This document shows, one piece after another, positions 46,854 through 57,494 of a DNA stretch of 64,000 nt. This DNA is from Christensenellales bacterium. GTDB taxonomy: Bacteria > Bacillota > Clostridia > Christensenellales > UBA1242. The notes under the pieces are model-generated. The model ran no database searches. It saw only the letters and a list, made by a program, of their open reading frames with translations, and was not told the DNA's origin. The DNA is taken from the NCBI GenBank assembly GCA_051883495.1, contig JBJETV010000023.1, positions 30,285-94,284 on the forward strand, read 5' to 3'. The position numbers and the translations under genes were made by a program. Numbering within the stretch: position 1 is the first letter of the stretch; each line of letters starts with the position of its first letter.

Positions 46854-46858
46854 AATGT

Positions 46859-47224
46859 ATGTTTTTGAAATATCTTATTGTGTTTGGAGTTGGTGGGCTT
46901 GTTTGCTTGATTGCACAGATACTTATAATAAGAACTCGTATGACATCAGCAAGGATATTGGTGTTGTTTGAACTTATAGGTGTATTGTTGCAAGCGGTGG
47001 GAATATTTGAACCCATAAAAAGTTTTGCTAATGCAGGTATAACAGTGCCAATCATTGGGTTTGGAGCAAGTCTTGCAAGGGGTGCTATGGAAGGAGTGAA
47101 GAAGGCAGGGATACTTGGGATATTCAATGGCGGGGTTACTGCAACTTCTGCTGGCATAGCCGCTGCGGTTGGATTTGGATATCTATTTGCGCTTATATTC
47201 AAAGCCCATAGCAAGAAGTCTTAG
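46859..47224 (+). CDS. spoVAEb: stage V sporulation protein AE (AEb)
   Basis: 121-aa membrane protein paralogous to SpoVAC (VPIIGFGASLARG). Third gene of the spoVA cluster. Confidence 0.85.
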   Translation: MFLKYLIVFGVGGLVCLIAQILIIRTRMTSARILVLFELIGVLLQAVGIFEPIKSFANAGITVPIIGFGASLARGAMEGVKKAGILGIFNGGVTATSAGIAAAVGFGYLFALIFKAHSKKS

Positions 47225-47315
47225 TTTATGTATCAATAGATTATTTATAAGCCTATACTGGATATTCACTTAAGGTGTTATCATATTTCTTTTGAATAGA
47301 TAATATTATATAAGT

Positions 47316-48026
47316 ATGGAAGAGGTGGGGCAAAATTGTTGTGGAGACTACAAATCTCTAGAACAAAAATACATTGAGAGCAGATTCAGTAAATGCAAAA
47401 AGAAACATTTTAGGAGGGGGCTCTATATATTCCTTTCTATTACTTTTGGCATTGTGGTCTGCCTTTTTTGCTATGTAAGACTGGTGGTTGCTCCTATTGT
47501 GTGGGAATATGGAGAATCTGGGATAGAAAAAATGTTAGTAACTTCTAGCAATACAGCAATATCCAGCATAGGCATAACTCAATATGACGACCTAACTACA
47601 ATAAATTATGACAGTTCAAACAAGATAACCTCAATAGTAACAAACTCAGCAAAGGTCAATCAGCTGGCCAATGCTTTGGCAACGGCAACGCAAGGAGAGT
47701 TAGACAAACAGGCTTCCTTTGGGTTAAATATCCCAATCGGCACATGCACAGGGATAACCTTTCTTGCTGGGCGAGGGGGAGATATAACATTAACAGTTCA
47801 ACCGCATGGCAATATCTTGTGTAGATTTTATTCTACATTTACAAGTTCTGGGATAAATCAAACCCTACATCAAGTGTGGGTCTCTATGGAGAGTGAAGCA
47901 ACACTTGTATTGCCATCAGGCTCAAAAAATATAGCAAAACAAGTAGAATATTTGGTGGCGGAATGTGTAATTGTTGGCGAAATACCGAATGTTTATCTTT
48001 CTGGCGCAAAATTTTATGCAAACTAA
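47316..48026 (+). CDS. yunB: sporulation protein YunB
   Basis: 236 aa with an N-terminal TM and a beta-rich body (GLNIPIGTCTGITFLAGRGGDITLTVQPHG...INQTLHQVWVSMES) matching the YunB family pattern as remembered. Confidence 0.65.
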   Translation: MEEVGQNCCGDYKSLEQKYIESRFSKCKKKHFRRGLYIFLSITFGIVVCLFCYVRLVVAPIVWEYGESGIEKMLVTSSNTAISSIGITQYDDLTTINYDSSNKITSIVTNSAKVNQLANALATATQGELDKQASFGLNIPIGTCTGITFLAGRGGDITLTVQPHGNILCRFYSTFTSSGINQTLHQVWVSMESEATLVLPSGSKNIAKQVEYLVAECVIVGEIPNVYLSGAKFYAN

Positions 48027-48051
48027 TATTGAAGAAAGTTTGAAATTATGG

Positions 48052-48402
48052 TTGACTTTTTTGATATAAATGTTAATATATTATCGTTGATAATTTTTAA
48101 GGCGGTTTGCAGTTGGTGCAAAATCGCTTTGAAGTTTTCTTATAAAGGCGATAATGAAAGACCAGTAGTGCAGTCTGGGATTACCGACAATCAAAAAAGA
48201 GAGGGCCTTCGCCCAAAGGGTGTGCTGAAAAAGGCTTGTTGATTGTAACTCACGAATTCACTTTCTAGCCTCCAACTGAAGTGGTAGTAGGATTGGACGG
48301 GATTGCCCGTAACAGCAAAAAATGAGGGTCTTTTGACCGAAATTAGGTGGTACAGCGGAGAATTTCGCCCTAATGCAAAATGGGGAGGAATTCTCTTTTT
48401 AT
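48052..48402 (+). promoter_or_regulatory. T-box leader (Phe specifier) with promoter and terminator, controlling pheST
   Basis: Promoter TTGACT 48052-48057, 16-nt spacer, TGt-TAATAT 48074-48079. Specifier is GAA-TTC-A, with TTC at 48257-48259. T-box AATTAGGTGGTACAGCGG at 48341-48358. Terminator arms at 48357-48370 and 48382-48395, followed by a T-run. Confidence 0.88.
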
Positions 48403-48421
48403 TTAACAACAAGGAGTGATT

Positions 48422-49447
48422 ATGGAAAATTTGGAAGAATTGCTTGAAAAAGCAAAAGAAAAACTTGCAAAAATAAATGGAAGAGAGGGGCTTGGTTCGT
48501 TTTTTCAGGAATATCTTGGCAAAAACGGTGCAATTACAAGCGTATTAAAATGTATGAAAGACTTGCCAAATGAGCAAAAAAAATCATTTGGAGAAAAAGT
48601 TAACAAGGCAAAAACAGCCATTCAAACTATGCTTGCCGAAAGGGAAAAGAAACTTGCAGAAGAAAAATTGCAAAAGAAAATAAACTCTGCAAAAGATATT
48701 GACCTAACTGTCCCATCCAAAGTGAGAAAGGGAAGTCTGCACCCAATAACCATCGTGCAAAAAGAAGTGGTGGATATATTTTTGAGTATGGGTTTTGCAG
48801 TGGAAGATGGCAATGAGATAGAAACAGAATACAACAACTTTGAAGCAGTCAATGTGCCAAAAAATCATCCAGCAAGGGATATGCAAGACACATTCTATTT
48901 GGACAATGGCCAGGTGCTAAAAACTCACACTTCTGCAGCACAGAACAGGATTATGAGAAAGTATGGCGCACCACTAAAAGTTATCTTTCCGGGTAGATGT
49001 TTTAGGAATGAAGAATTGGATGCCAGCCACGAAAACACCTTCTTCCAAATAGAAGGAATGATGATTGACAAAAATGTATCTGTTGCAAATCTCATCTACT
49101 TTATGAAAGAAATGCTTACCAATGTTTTTGGCAAAGAAATAAATGTTAGACTAAGACCAGGATTCTTCCCATTCGTAGAGCCAGGGTTTGAACTAGACAT
49201 ATCTTGCCCATATTGTGATGGTAAGGGGTGCAGAGTGTGCAAACATGGTGGTTGGATTGAACTTTGTCCATGCGGGATGATACACCCAAATGTCTTGAGA
49301 ATGGGGGGCATTGACCCAGAAGAATATCAAGGTTTTGCGTTTGGATTGGGCTTTTCTAGGCTTGCTATGATGAATTTTGATATTACAGAGATAAGACTTC
49401 TTAACAGTGGCAATATACAAGCGCTTTCACAAGCAAAGATAAAGTGA
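48422..49447 (+). CDS. pheS: phenylalanyl-tRNA synthetase alpha subunit
   Basis: Start ATG 48422 after AAGGAG. HPARDMQDTFY, FRNEELDASH and GFAFGLGFSRLAM are class II motifs. Confidence 0.95.
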   Translation: MENLEELLEKAKEKLAKINGREGLGSFFQEYLGKNGAITSVLKCMKDLPNEQKKSFGEKVNKAKTAIQTMLAEREKKLAEEKLQKKINSAKDIDLTVPSKVRKGSLHPITIVQKEVVDIFLSMGFAVEDGNEIETEYNNFEAVNVPKNHPARDMQDTFYLDNGQVLKTHTSAAQNRIMRKYGAPLKVIFPGRCFRNEELDASHENTFFQIEGMMIDKNVSVANLIYFMKEMLTNVFGKEINVRLRPGFFPFVEPGFELDISCPYCDGKGCRVCKHGGWIELCPCGMIHPNVLRMGGIDPEEYQGFAFGLGFSRLAMMNFDITEIRLLNSGNIQALSQAKIK

Positions 49448-49459
49448 TAGGAGAAAAAG

Positions 49460-51829
49460 ATGATAGTTTCTATAAATTGGATAAAAGATTTTGTAAACCT
49501 CGATGGAGTGGATATAGAAAAGTTGATTTCAAAATTCACAATGTCCGTTGCGGAAGTTGAGGGGATTGAATATAAAGGAAAAAATTTGTCTGGTGTTGTA
49601 ACAGCAAAGATTTTGAGTGTAGAACCAGTGGAAAATAGCAAAAAATTACATTTGCTAAAAGTAGATTGTGGCTCAGAAATATTGCAAATTGTATGCGGAG
49701 CGCCAAATGTTAGGGTGGGAATGGTTACTGCTCTTGCAAAAATTGGTGCAAAATTAGGGGATATTACTATCTCAAAGGCAAAACTTGCAGGGCTAGAAAG
49801 TTATGGAATGTGCTGTGGAGGAGATGAGATTGGCATTTCTGATGACCATAGTGGGCTCGTAGAGTTGGATGAAAATACTCCTATTGGAGTTGATATCAAG
49901 TCTGTTTTGGACATAGAGGACATATTATTTGAAATAGACAACAAATCACTCACCAATAGACCTGACCTTTGGGGAATATATGGAATAGCAAGGGAGATTT
50001 CGGCATTGACAGGCAGACCTCTCAAACCTCTTAATCTTGCTGACAAAAAAGATTTTGAAGGCAAAGAAGATGTTGATGTGGTGGTAAAAAGTTCTAGTTG
50101 CAACAGATACACCAGCGCAAAGATGGAGAATGTAACAAGGAAAACTTCTGACCTAAATATGCAAATAAGATTGTTCTATTGTGGTATGAGGGGGATAAAC
50201 TTGTTGGCGGATGTAACAAACTATGTTATGCTCGAACTAGGACAACCTATGCACGCTTTTGATGGCTCAAAAGTTGAATCTATACAGGTGTATGACCTAG
50301 AAGATGATTATCCATTTGTTACCCTTGACGGAACTACTCGCAACCTTAAAAAAGGGCATATGGTTATATCCTGCAACAACACCCCAGTTGCATTAGCAGG
50401 CATAATGGGTGGTGAAAATAGCGAAATTACAGATGAAACCACATCTGTTCTTATTGAGTCAGCAAATTTTGACGCATACAAAGTTCGCACCACAGCAACT
50501 TCACTTGGTATGAGGACAGAAGCCAGCGCTAGATACGAAAAATCACTGGACCCAGAACTTACTATGACAGCTCTTTTGAGATTGGTTTATTTGGTGCAAT
50601 TTCAAGATAAAAATGCCAAGATTTGTTCCAGCATTTGCGACATTTACAACAAGCACTATCCAAAGTTGGAGATAGAACTCTCCAAAGATTATGTTGACAG
50701 ATTTGTGGGTATAGAAATTGACGAAAAGACAATCCTAGACATACTAACAAGCCTTTCCTTTAAGCTTTTGGAAAACAAAAATGGGGTGTATAAATTTGAA
50801 GTGCCATCATTTAGGGCAACAAAGGATATAAATGGCAAAGCCGACCTTGTGGAAGAGATTACAAGAATTTATGGTTATGACAATATCACTCCACAATCAA
50901 TCGTCCAACCGGTCAAGCCAGCCATTTTGGATAAGGGAGTTTCTTTGGAATATGATGTAAAATACGCTTTGGCAAGTAGATTTGACCTAAACGAAACACA
51001 CTCTTACATTTGGTATGATTATGAGTCTAACAAAGCTCTTGGCATAAATCCACAAAGTGTAATTAGATGTGTAAATTCATTAAACAAAGACAATGACAAG
51101 ATTAGAAGCACCATAATCCCAAGTTTGTTAAAAGTAATTGCAGACAACAAGGGAGTGTATAACAATTTTGGAACATTTGAAATAGGCAGGGTTGTAAAGC
51201 AAATGAGGCAAGATAACCTTGCTGACGAAACAAAAAGCCTTGGACTGTTGCTTTATAGAAAGACTGCCAGCGAAGAAGATGTGTTGTTTGAAGTAAAAGA
51301 AATCTTGGATTATATATTTGAATATATTTTGAAAATGAACCTTTCACTTCAACTTTCATCACCTTCAAATGATTATTGCCACCCAAAGAATTACTATAAG
51401 ATTTTTGCAAACAATGTAGAAGTGGGAGATATATTTGAAATAACACCAAGGGTTTCGGATAAAATTGAAGAAAACTGCGTTGTGGCTGGCTTTGAAGTCA
51501 ATTTTTCAAAAATATGTGAGCAACAACAAACAAAGACTGTTTTTGAAAAAATAAGTAAATATCCAACAACCAAGTTAGATTTCAACTTCCTCATCCCACA
51601 AGGCAAATTGTATAAGGATATTATTTCTATTGCCAAAGATATAGATACAAAACTCAACTACAAGGTCAATTTGCTGGATATTTATGAAAATGCAAACGGA
51701 CAAAAGAGTTACACTCTTCATTACGAAGTAAATAGTTTGGATAGAACTCTCACAACGGAAGATATTGATATTTTCCACGAGGCAGTTATTTCTAAATTTG
51801 AGCAAAATGGGATAGGATTAAAACTTTAA
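49460..51829 (+). CDS. pheT: phenylalanyl-tRNA synthetase beta subunit
   Basis: 789 aa. N-terminal tRNA-binding domain (MIVSINWIKDFV), B3/4, B5 and C-terminal FDX-ACB-like regions. Confidence 0.95.
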   Translation: MIVSINWIKDFVNLDGVDIEKLISKFTMSVAEVEGIEYKGKNLSGVVTAKILSVEPVENSKKLHLLKVDCGSEILQIVCGAPNVRVGMVTALAKIGAKLGDITISKAKLAGLESYGMCCGGDEIGISDDHSGLVELDENTPIGVDIKSVLDIEDILFEIDNKSLTNRPDLWGIYGIAREISALTGRPLKPLNLADKKDFEGKEDVDVVVKSSSCNRYTSAKMENVTRKTSDLNMQIRLFYCGMRGINLLADVTNYVMLELGQPMHAFDGSKVESIQVYDLEDDYPFVTLDGTTRNLKKGHMVISCNNTPVALAGIMGGENSEITDETTSVLIESANFDAYKVRTTATSLGMRTEASARYEKSLDPELTMTALLRLVYLVQFQDKNAKICSSICDIYNKHYPKLEIELSKDYVDRFVGIEIDEKTILDILTSLSFKLLENKNGVYKFEVPSFRATKDINGKADLVEEITRIYGYDNITPQSIVQPVKPAILDKGVSLEYDVKYALASRFDLNETHSYIWYDYESNKALGINPQSVIRCVNSLNKDNDKIRSTIIPSLLKVIADNKGVYNNFGTFEIGRVVKQMRQDNLADETKSLGLLLYRKTASEEDVLFEVKEILDYIFEYILKMNLSLQLSSPSNDYCHPKNYYKIFANNVEVGDIFEITPRVSDKIEENCVVAGFEVNFSKICEQQQTKTVFEKISKYPTTKLDFNFLIPQGKLYKDIISIAKDIDTKLNYKVNLLDIYENANGQKSYTLHYEVNSLDRTLTTEDIDIFHEAVISKFEQNGIGLKL

Positions 51830-51872
51830 TCTTAATATTGACAATAGATAAAACGGAAAGTATAATTTTGAT

Positions 51873-52991
51873 ATGATTTATTTAGACAATGGGGCAACGA
51901 CAAAGCCAAGAAAAGAAGTCGTAGAGGAATATGTAAAAAACTGTGAGGAAGGGTTTTTTAATCCTTCTGCAGTTTATTCTTCGGCATTTAATCTTTCTAA
52001 AAAGATAGACGGTGTTAGGTCTATGATTTTAGATGTTTTGTCTGGAGATGAATACAAGGATAGAGTAATATTTACATCTGGGGCAACAGAAGCCAATAAT
52101 CTTGCAATATTTGGCAGTGCAACCAACAAGACAAAAAAATATCTCTTTTCCATTGGAGAACATCCATCGGTATATAACTGCGCACAAGAACTATTATCAA
52201 GAGGTTACAATGTTCAATTTATCCCCCTATCTCGCACAGGAGAGGTGGATTATGAGGCTTTTGAGAAGTTGTGCGACAAAGATACTTGTTTTGTATCTAC
52301 AATGTTTGTAAACAACGAAACAGGGGCAGTAAACGACCTTTTTAGAATTAGAAGCATAATGGACAGTAAAAATCCAAGTTGCATATTCCATGTTGACGGG
52401 GTGCAAGGCTTTTGCAAACTGCCATTGTCAGTAAAAAAATGCAAAATCAATCTGCTTTCAATGTCTGCACACAAAATTGCTGGGCTAAAAGCTGTTGGGG
52501 CTTTGTTTATATCAAACAAAATCAACCTAAAAAATATTTCATTTGGCGGTGGGCAAGAAAAGGGTTTGAGGTCTGGGACAGTAAATGCAGGGGGCATACT
52601 TGCCATGGGCAAGGCTGTGGAACTGGCTAAAAAAGATATGACCAAAAATCTTGAAAAAACAAAGAGGCTAAAAGCCCTTTTGCTTGAAAATTTGACCAAG
52701 GAATTCAAAGATAGATTTGTTTGTGCCTCAACGGACGACGGCTCTCCATATGTGGTCAGCCTTATGTTCAAGGACATAAAAGGCGAAGTTTTGATGAGGA
52801 AATTAGACAGCAAGGGTGTTGTTGTGGGCACAGGTTCTGCATGCTCTGCCAACAAAGTTGGCAACAGAATACTAGAAAATATGGGGTATTCCAAGGACCA
52901 AGTTGTAGGTGCAGTGAGAGTAAGTTTTGGATTTGATAGCACAGAAGAAGATGTAATAGAACTTTGTAACAAACTAAAGGAATGTTATTGA
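51873..52991 (+). CDS. cysteine desulfurase (NifS/IscS-like class V aminotransferase)
   Basis: PLP-lysine motif SMSAHKIAG, a GTGSACS active-site cysteine loop, and pairing with thiI. Confidence 0.85.
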   Translation: MIYLDNGATTKPRKEVVEEYVKNCEEGFFNPSAVYSSAFNLSKKIDGVRSMILDVLSGDEYKDRVIFTSGATEANNLAIFGSATNKTKKYLFSIGEHPSVYNCAQELLSRGYNVQFIPLSRTGEVDYEAFEKLCDKDTCFVSTMFVNNETGAVNDLFRIRSIMDSKNPSCIFHVDGVQGFCKLPLSVKKCKINLLSMSAHKIAGLKAVGALFISNKINLKNISFGGGQEKGLRSGTVNAGGILAMGKAVELAKKDMTKNLEKTKRLKALLLENLTKEFKDRFVCASTDDGSPYVVSLMFKDIKGEVLMRKLDSKGVVVGTGSACSANKVGNRILENMGYSKDQVVGAVRVSFGFDSTEEDVIELCNKLKECY

Positions 52992-52992
52992 T

Positions 52993-54153
52993 ATGAAAGA
53001 AGTTATTTTGATTAGATTTGGAGAAATTTTCTTAAAGGGCAGAAATTATTCTTATTTTGAAAATACACTTTTCAAAAATGTAGAACGTAGGTTGAAAAAG
53101 TTTAACCTAAAACTAGAACGAATTTCTGGCAGATTTCTTGTCAGTGAGTTTGATATATCGGATAAGGAAGAAATTATTGAAGCTATTCAAACTGTCTTTG
53201 GCTTGGTATCATTAAGTGTGGCATACGAAGTGGAAACATCTGTTGACACAATAAAATCTGCTTGCGAAAAGATTAAAATAGAAGACGAAACTTTTAAGGT
53301 AGAAGTAAAGCGCGCAGACAAAACATTTCCAATAAAAAGTTTTGAATTTGCTGGCGAATTGGGTGGTGTTATTCTCCAAAACAATTCAAAAGCCAAAGTT
53401 GATGTCCATTCGCCACAAAAGGTTGTTTATGTAGATATCAGACAGAATGGCAAAACATATATTTTTTATGACAAAATCGCTTGCCTTGGCGGTATGCCTG
53501 TTGGCACTGCAGGTAGGGCAATGCTCCTTTTAAGCGGTGGAATAGATAGCCCTGTGGCTGGTTTTCTTATGGCAAAAAGAGGATTGTGCATAAATGCAAT
53601 TCACTTTGAAAGTTATCCATACACAAGTGAACAAGCAAAGCAAAAAGTTATTGACCTTGCCAACATAATTAAAAAATACACAGGTAATATTCGACTATTT
53701 ATTGTTCCTTTTACAAAAATTCAGGAAGAAATTCACAAGAGATGTGATGATGAATATATGGTAACACTTGTTAGAAGATTTATGATGGAAATTGCAGAAC
53801 AAGTTGCCAAGAAGACTGATTGTCAGGCAATAATTACTGGAGAAAATCTTGGACAAGTGGCTAGCCAAACGGTAGAAGGGATAACAATGACCAGTATGAT
53901 GGCAAAGGAGTTGCCAATTTTTAGACCTCTTATCAGTTTTGACAAAATTGAAATATCCAAAATCTCTGAAAAGATTGGCACATATGATATTTCTGTCCTT
54001 CCATATGAAGATTGTTGCAGTGTTTTCTTGCCAAAAAATCCAGTAACACACCCAAAACTGAATAAAATTATAGAAAATGAGGAACTTCTAAACAGGGAAT
54101 TCCTTATCCAAGATGCGATTTCAAAAATGGAAATTATAGACATAAAAAATTGA
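52993..54153 (+). CDS. thiI: tRNA 4-thiouridine synthase ThiI
   Basis: THUMP-type N-terminus (IRFGEIFLKGRN) and PP-loop LLSGGIDSPVA. Confidence 0.92.
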   Translation: MKEVILIRFGEIFLKGRNYSYFENTLFKNVERRLKKFNLKLERISGRFLVSEFDISDKEEIIEAIQTVFGLVSLSVAYEVETSVDTIKSACEKIKIEDETFKVEVKRADKTFPIKSFEFAGELGGVILQNNSKAKVDVHSPQKVVYVDIRQNGKTYIFYDKIACLGGMPVGTAGRAMLLLSGGIDSPVAGFLMAKRGLCINAIHFESYPYTSEQAKQKVIDLANIIKKYTGNIRLFIVPFTKIQEEIHKRCDDEYMVTLVRRFMMEIAEQVAKKTDCQAIITGENLGQVASQTVEGITMTSMMAKELPIFRPLISFDKIEISKISEKIGTYDISVLPYEDCCSVFLPKNPVTHPKLNKIIENEELLNREFLIQDAISKMEIIDIKN

Positions 54154-54160
54154 CAAAAAT

Positions 54161-54192
54161 ACAACTCTCGTAATAGTAGAGTTGTGTTTTTT
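54161..54192 (+). terminator. intrinsic terminator after thiI
   Basis: Stem ACAACTCT / AGAGTTGT followed by a T-run. Confidence 0.8.
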
Positions 54193-54420
54193 ATTCAAAT
54201 TGCAAAATAAGTTTGACATAAAATCATTGTATTGGTAAAATGACTATGTCAAAAGATTATAAGTTTCAATACGTTTATATAAATTAACTTAATACAGTAT
54301 AATATCGCTATTTATCTTTAGATGCACAGGGAGTAGTGGCATTATTGGCTTTCAATGTATGTTTTTATAAATGTTGACTTGTTTGATATTTGATAATATA
54401 TTTAAGAGGACACAAAAATA

Positions 54421-55974
54421 ATGGTATCAGTTTTATGGCTTGTGATTGCTTGTGTTCTTTGTGTCGGTGCTGGAGCAGGCACAACAATTTTTTTGAATGC
54501 TAGGAAGAGTTCTCAATCAAAAAGTAATGCAGCAAAAATTTTGGAAAATGCCTACGCAGAAGCAAAAACAGCAAAGAAGGAAGCAATACTAGAGGCAAAG
54601 GAGGAAATTCATGCTTTGAAGGAAAAGTGTGATGCCGAAATTGCCGAACGTTACAACGAGATTTCAAAATCGGAAAATCGTTTGACACTAAAAGAAGAAT
54701 CCCTTATGAGAAAAGAAGAGGGAATAGACAAAAAGGTAGAATCTCTTGATGTCGCACTAAATCAAATTAAGGAAAGAGAAAAAGAACTGGCTTCTGCTCG
54801 AGAAGAAGTAGAAAAAGAAAGTGAAAAAATTTCTCAAGCATTGGAAAGAGTTTCTGGATTATCAAAAGAGGAAGCAAAACAACAACTTGTTGATATGTAT
54901 GTGGAGCAAGCAAAACATGATTGTGCTTCGACCATAAGAAAAATGGAAGAAGAAGCAATAGAAAATGCTGACAAAAAGGCAAAAGAAATTGTTACCCTTG
55001 CAGTGCAGAAATGTGCAACAAGCATCACTTCGGAGATAACAGTTACCGTAGTTCCACTGCCAAATGACGAAGTAAAAGGTAGAATTATCGGTAGAGAAGG
55101 GCGAAACATAAGGGCTATTGAAAATGCAACTGGTGTTGACCTTATCATTGACGACACTCCAGAGGCAGTTGTTCTTTCAGGGTTTGATCCAGTTAGGAGA
55201 GAGGTTGCTCGTGTAGCACTAGAAAAACTTATTATGGACGGCAGAATTCATCCTGCAAGAATTGAAGAAATCGTTGAAAAGGCTCAAAGAGATGTGGATG
55301 CAACAATCAAAGAAGCAGGCGAAAATGCAGTGTATGAGGCAGGTGTAATTGGCCTTCATCCAGAGTTGGTAAAAGTGTTGGGCAGGCTCAAATTTAGATC
55401 CAGTTATGGTCAAAATGTGCTAAAACACAGTCTTGAAGTTTGTCATATTGCAGGCCTATTGGCAAGTGAACTGGGCGCAAATGTTAAGATAGCAAAACGT
55501 GGTGGACTTTTGCACGATATAGGCAAAGCACTTGACCACGAACAAGAGGGCACACATGTTTCTATTGGTGTTGACCTATGCAAAAAATATAAAGAATCAC
55601 CAGAAGTTATTCACTGCATCCAAGCACACCATGGAGATGTAGAATTCCATTCGCTTGAGGCAATTATTGTTCAAACGGCAGATGCAATCTCTAGTAGCAG
55701 ACCAGGGGCTCGCAGAGAGTTGCTTGATGCTTACATCAAAAGGCTGGAGAATCTTGAAAACATTGCTAACAGTTTCAAAGGCGTTGAAAAATCATATGCA
55801 ATTCAGGCTGGTCGTGAGATAAGAATTATGGTCAAACCAGAAGAGGTTAGTGACGAAAGTATGGTTTTCCTTGCAAAAGATATCGCAAGAAAAATAGAAA
55901 ACGAGTTGCAATATCCAGGACAAATTAAAGTTAATGTTATAAGAGAAACAAGGGCTACAGATGTTGCAAAGTAA
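54421..55974 (+). CDS. rny: ribonuclease Y
   Basis: N-terminal TM, coiled coil, KH domain ([15 protein letters not shown]) and HD domain (LLHDIGKA). Confidence 0.95.
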   Translation: MVSVLWLVIACVLCVGAGAGTTIFLNARKSSQSKSNAAKILENAYAEAKTAKKEAILEAKEEIHALKEKCDAEIAERYNEISKSENRLTLKEESLMRKEEGIDKKVESLDVALNQIKEREKELASAREEVEKESEKISQALERVSGLSKEEAKQQLVDMYVEQAKHDCASTIRKMEEEAIENADKKAKEIVTLAVQKCATSITSEITVTVVPLPNDEVKGRIIGREGRNIRAIENATGVDLIIDDTPEAVVLSGFDPVRREVARVALEKLIMDGRIHPARIEEIVEKAQRDVDATIKEAGENAVYEAGVIGLHPELVKVLGRLKFRSSYGQNVLKHSLEVCHIAGLLASELGANVKIAKRGGLLHDIGKALDHEQEGTHVSIGVDLCKKYKESPEVIHCIQAHHGDVEFHSLEAIIVQTADAISSSRPGARRELLDAYIKRLENLENIANSFKGVEKSYAIQAGREIRIMVKPEEVSDESMVFLAKDIARKIENELQYPGQIKVNVIRETRATDVAK

Positions 55975-55988
55975 AAATTTACAAAATA

Positions 55989-56023
55989 AAAGAGTATGGT
56001 GAATAACCATTCTCTTTTTTTTT
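55989..56023 (+). terminator. intrinsic terminator after rny
   Basis: Stem AAAGAGTATGGT / ACCATTCTCTTT followed by a T-run. Confidence 0.75.
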
Positions 56024-56095
56024 ACACATTTTACATTTAAGCCAAAGCTTATCACCAGAAGTGTCGAAGATATTATTTTATGCATAAATATAAAT

Positions 56096-56929
56096 ATGAA
56101 AATATTTGACGCACATAATGATTTTTTAACAGAATTAAATAAAGTTCAAAGGAAAGCATATATTTCTTGGGTAGAAAAGTATTGCAAAAAAACAAAAATA
56201 ATTGCACAAGTTTGGACTACTGAATTGACACATCCAATGAGAACTATTCAGCAACTCAAAAAGGAAGTAGAAGGGAAGAAAAATTTCATTTTTTCAATAG
56301 AAGATTTGGGCTTTTTGGGTAAGAAAAATTTTAAGGAAAGATTGGAAGTTATTATTACACAAAAGCCTTTTTCGTGCGGGTTGGTTTGGAACAATGACAA
56401 TATTCTTGGTGGTGGGGCGCTGGGACAAAGTGGGCTTACAAAATTGGGCGAGCATGTTGTAAAAAGGCTTGAGGAAAGTGGAATAATAATTGACACTGCA
56501 CACATGAATGAGGTTACTTTCTGGGATTTTTGCAAAATTACAACAAAGCCAATATTTAATTCGCATTGCAATATTTTTGATTTATGCCACCACCCTCGCA
56601 ACCTAAAAGATGAGCAAATTAAGGCTATTGTAGATAGTGGTGGGATAGTATGTTTGTCATTTGTGAGTTATTTTATAAAGGAAAAGAGAAGAGTATCTTG
56701 CAGTGATATTGCAGAACAAATTAAGTGGTTTATAAAAAAATATGGCGACAAAAACATAGGGATTGGCAGTGATTTTTTCGGCACTTCCGAATTGCCATTG
56801 GACCTAAAAACATATGTTAATTTTGATAATTTGAAATCAGCACTTCACAAAGTTGGGCTGAACAGCAGACAAATAAATAATATATTTTATGGCAATCTAA
56901 CTCGTTTTTTAAGAAAAGTAGGCAAGTAG
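56096..56929 (+). CDS. M19-family (renal-type) dipeptidase
   Basis: N-terminal FDAHNDF metal-binding motif, DTAHM, and a TIM-barrel-length protein of 277 aa. Confidence 0.7.
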   Translation: MKIFDAHNDFLTELNKVQRKAYISWVEKYCKKTKIIAQVWTTELTHPMRTIQQLKKEVEGKKNFIFSIEDLGFLGKKNFKERLEVIITQKPFSCGLVWNNDNILGGGALGQSGLTKLGEHVVKRLEESGIIIDTAHMNEVTFWDFCKITTKPIFNSHCNIFDLCHHPRNLKDEQIKAIVDSGGIVCLSFVSYFIKEKRRVSCSDIAEQIKWFIKKYGDKNIGIGSDFFGTSELPLDLKTYVNFDNLKSALHKVGLNSRQINNIFYGNLTRFLRKVGK

Positions 56930-57039
56930 TAACCTAAAAATTGATTTAGATGATGAAATTTTAACATAAAAAATGACTGTATAAATAAACATATTATGTA
57001 TAATTATGCACTGTAAATTTTTGTAATTTTTTTTCTATT

Positions 57040-57240
57040 TTATATATTTTTCTAGGCTATATAAATCATTTTATAGTAATTTTTTTGAGATTTATATGCT
57101 TTTTAGTTTATATTTTTGAGATTATTTTTATAAATTGTTTATTTTAATTTTTATATGGTTTTTAGATATACTTTTATATCCTTTTGAGATTGTTTTATAA
57201 CTTTACATTTCTATATAATTTTACATTTAATAACTCTGCA
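57040..57240. repeat. degenerate tandem repeats (TTTTGAGATT / TTTTTAG(A/T)T units) upstream of tRNA-Trp
   Basis: TTGAGAT at 57084, 57115 and 57183. TTAGTT/TTAGAT at 57102 and 57161. TTTACATTT occurs twice at 57201-57228. Confidence 0.7.
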
Positions 57241-57311
57241 ATGGTTTATGAAAAATTGATTTTAAGAAAAATAATACATCCTATTTAGAAGGGGTATGGT
57301 ATTATAAAACA

Positions 57312-57356
57312 AAAAGTTACCTTTACTATTTAATTTTAGTCTTGAGGTAACTTTTT
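57312..57356 (+). terminator. orphan terminator-like hairpin
   Basis: Stem AAAGTTACCT 57312-57321 / AGGTAACTTT 57344-57353 with a T6 tail. It lies 380 nt after the dipeptidase stop. Confidence 0.5.
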
Positions 57357-57417
57357 TAAGTGAATGAGGGATGTTTTGCGATATAAAATAAATATTTTTG
57401 GCTTTTTGATATAATTT

Positions 57418-57446
57418 TATTGACATTTTAGACGATTATATGTATA
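57418..57446 (+). promoter_or_regulatory. tRNA-Trp promoter
   Basis: TTGACA 57418-57423, 17-nt spacer, TATAAT 57441-57446. Confidence 0.65.
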
Positions 57447-57494
57447 ATTTTGCTGTTCATAAGTTAATTTTGTTTATCGAATTTTACTTTTTGA

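Noticed and set aside
48048-48412. ORFs 48048-48242 (+) and 48191-48412 (-)
   Set aside because: Both lie entirely within the pheS T-box leader RNA, which contains the specifier, T-box and terminator. They have no RBS and no protein-like features.
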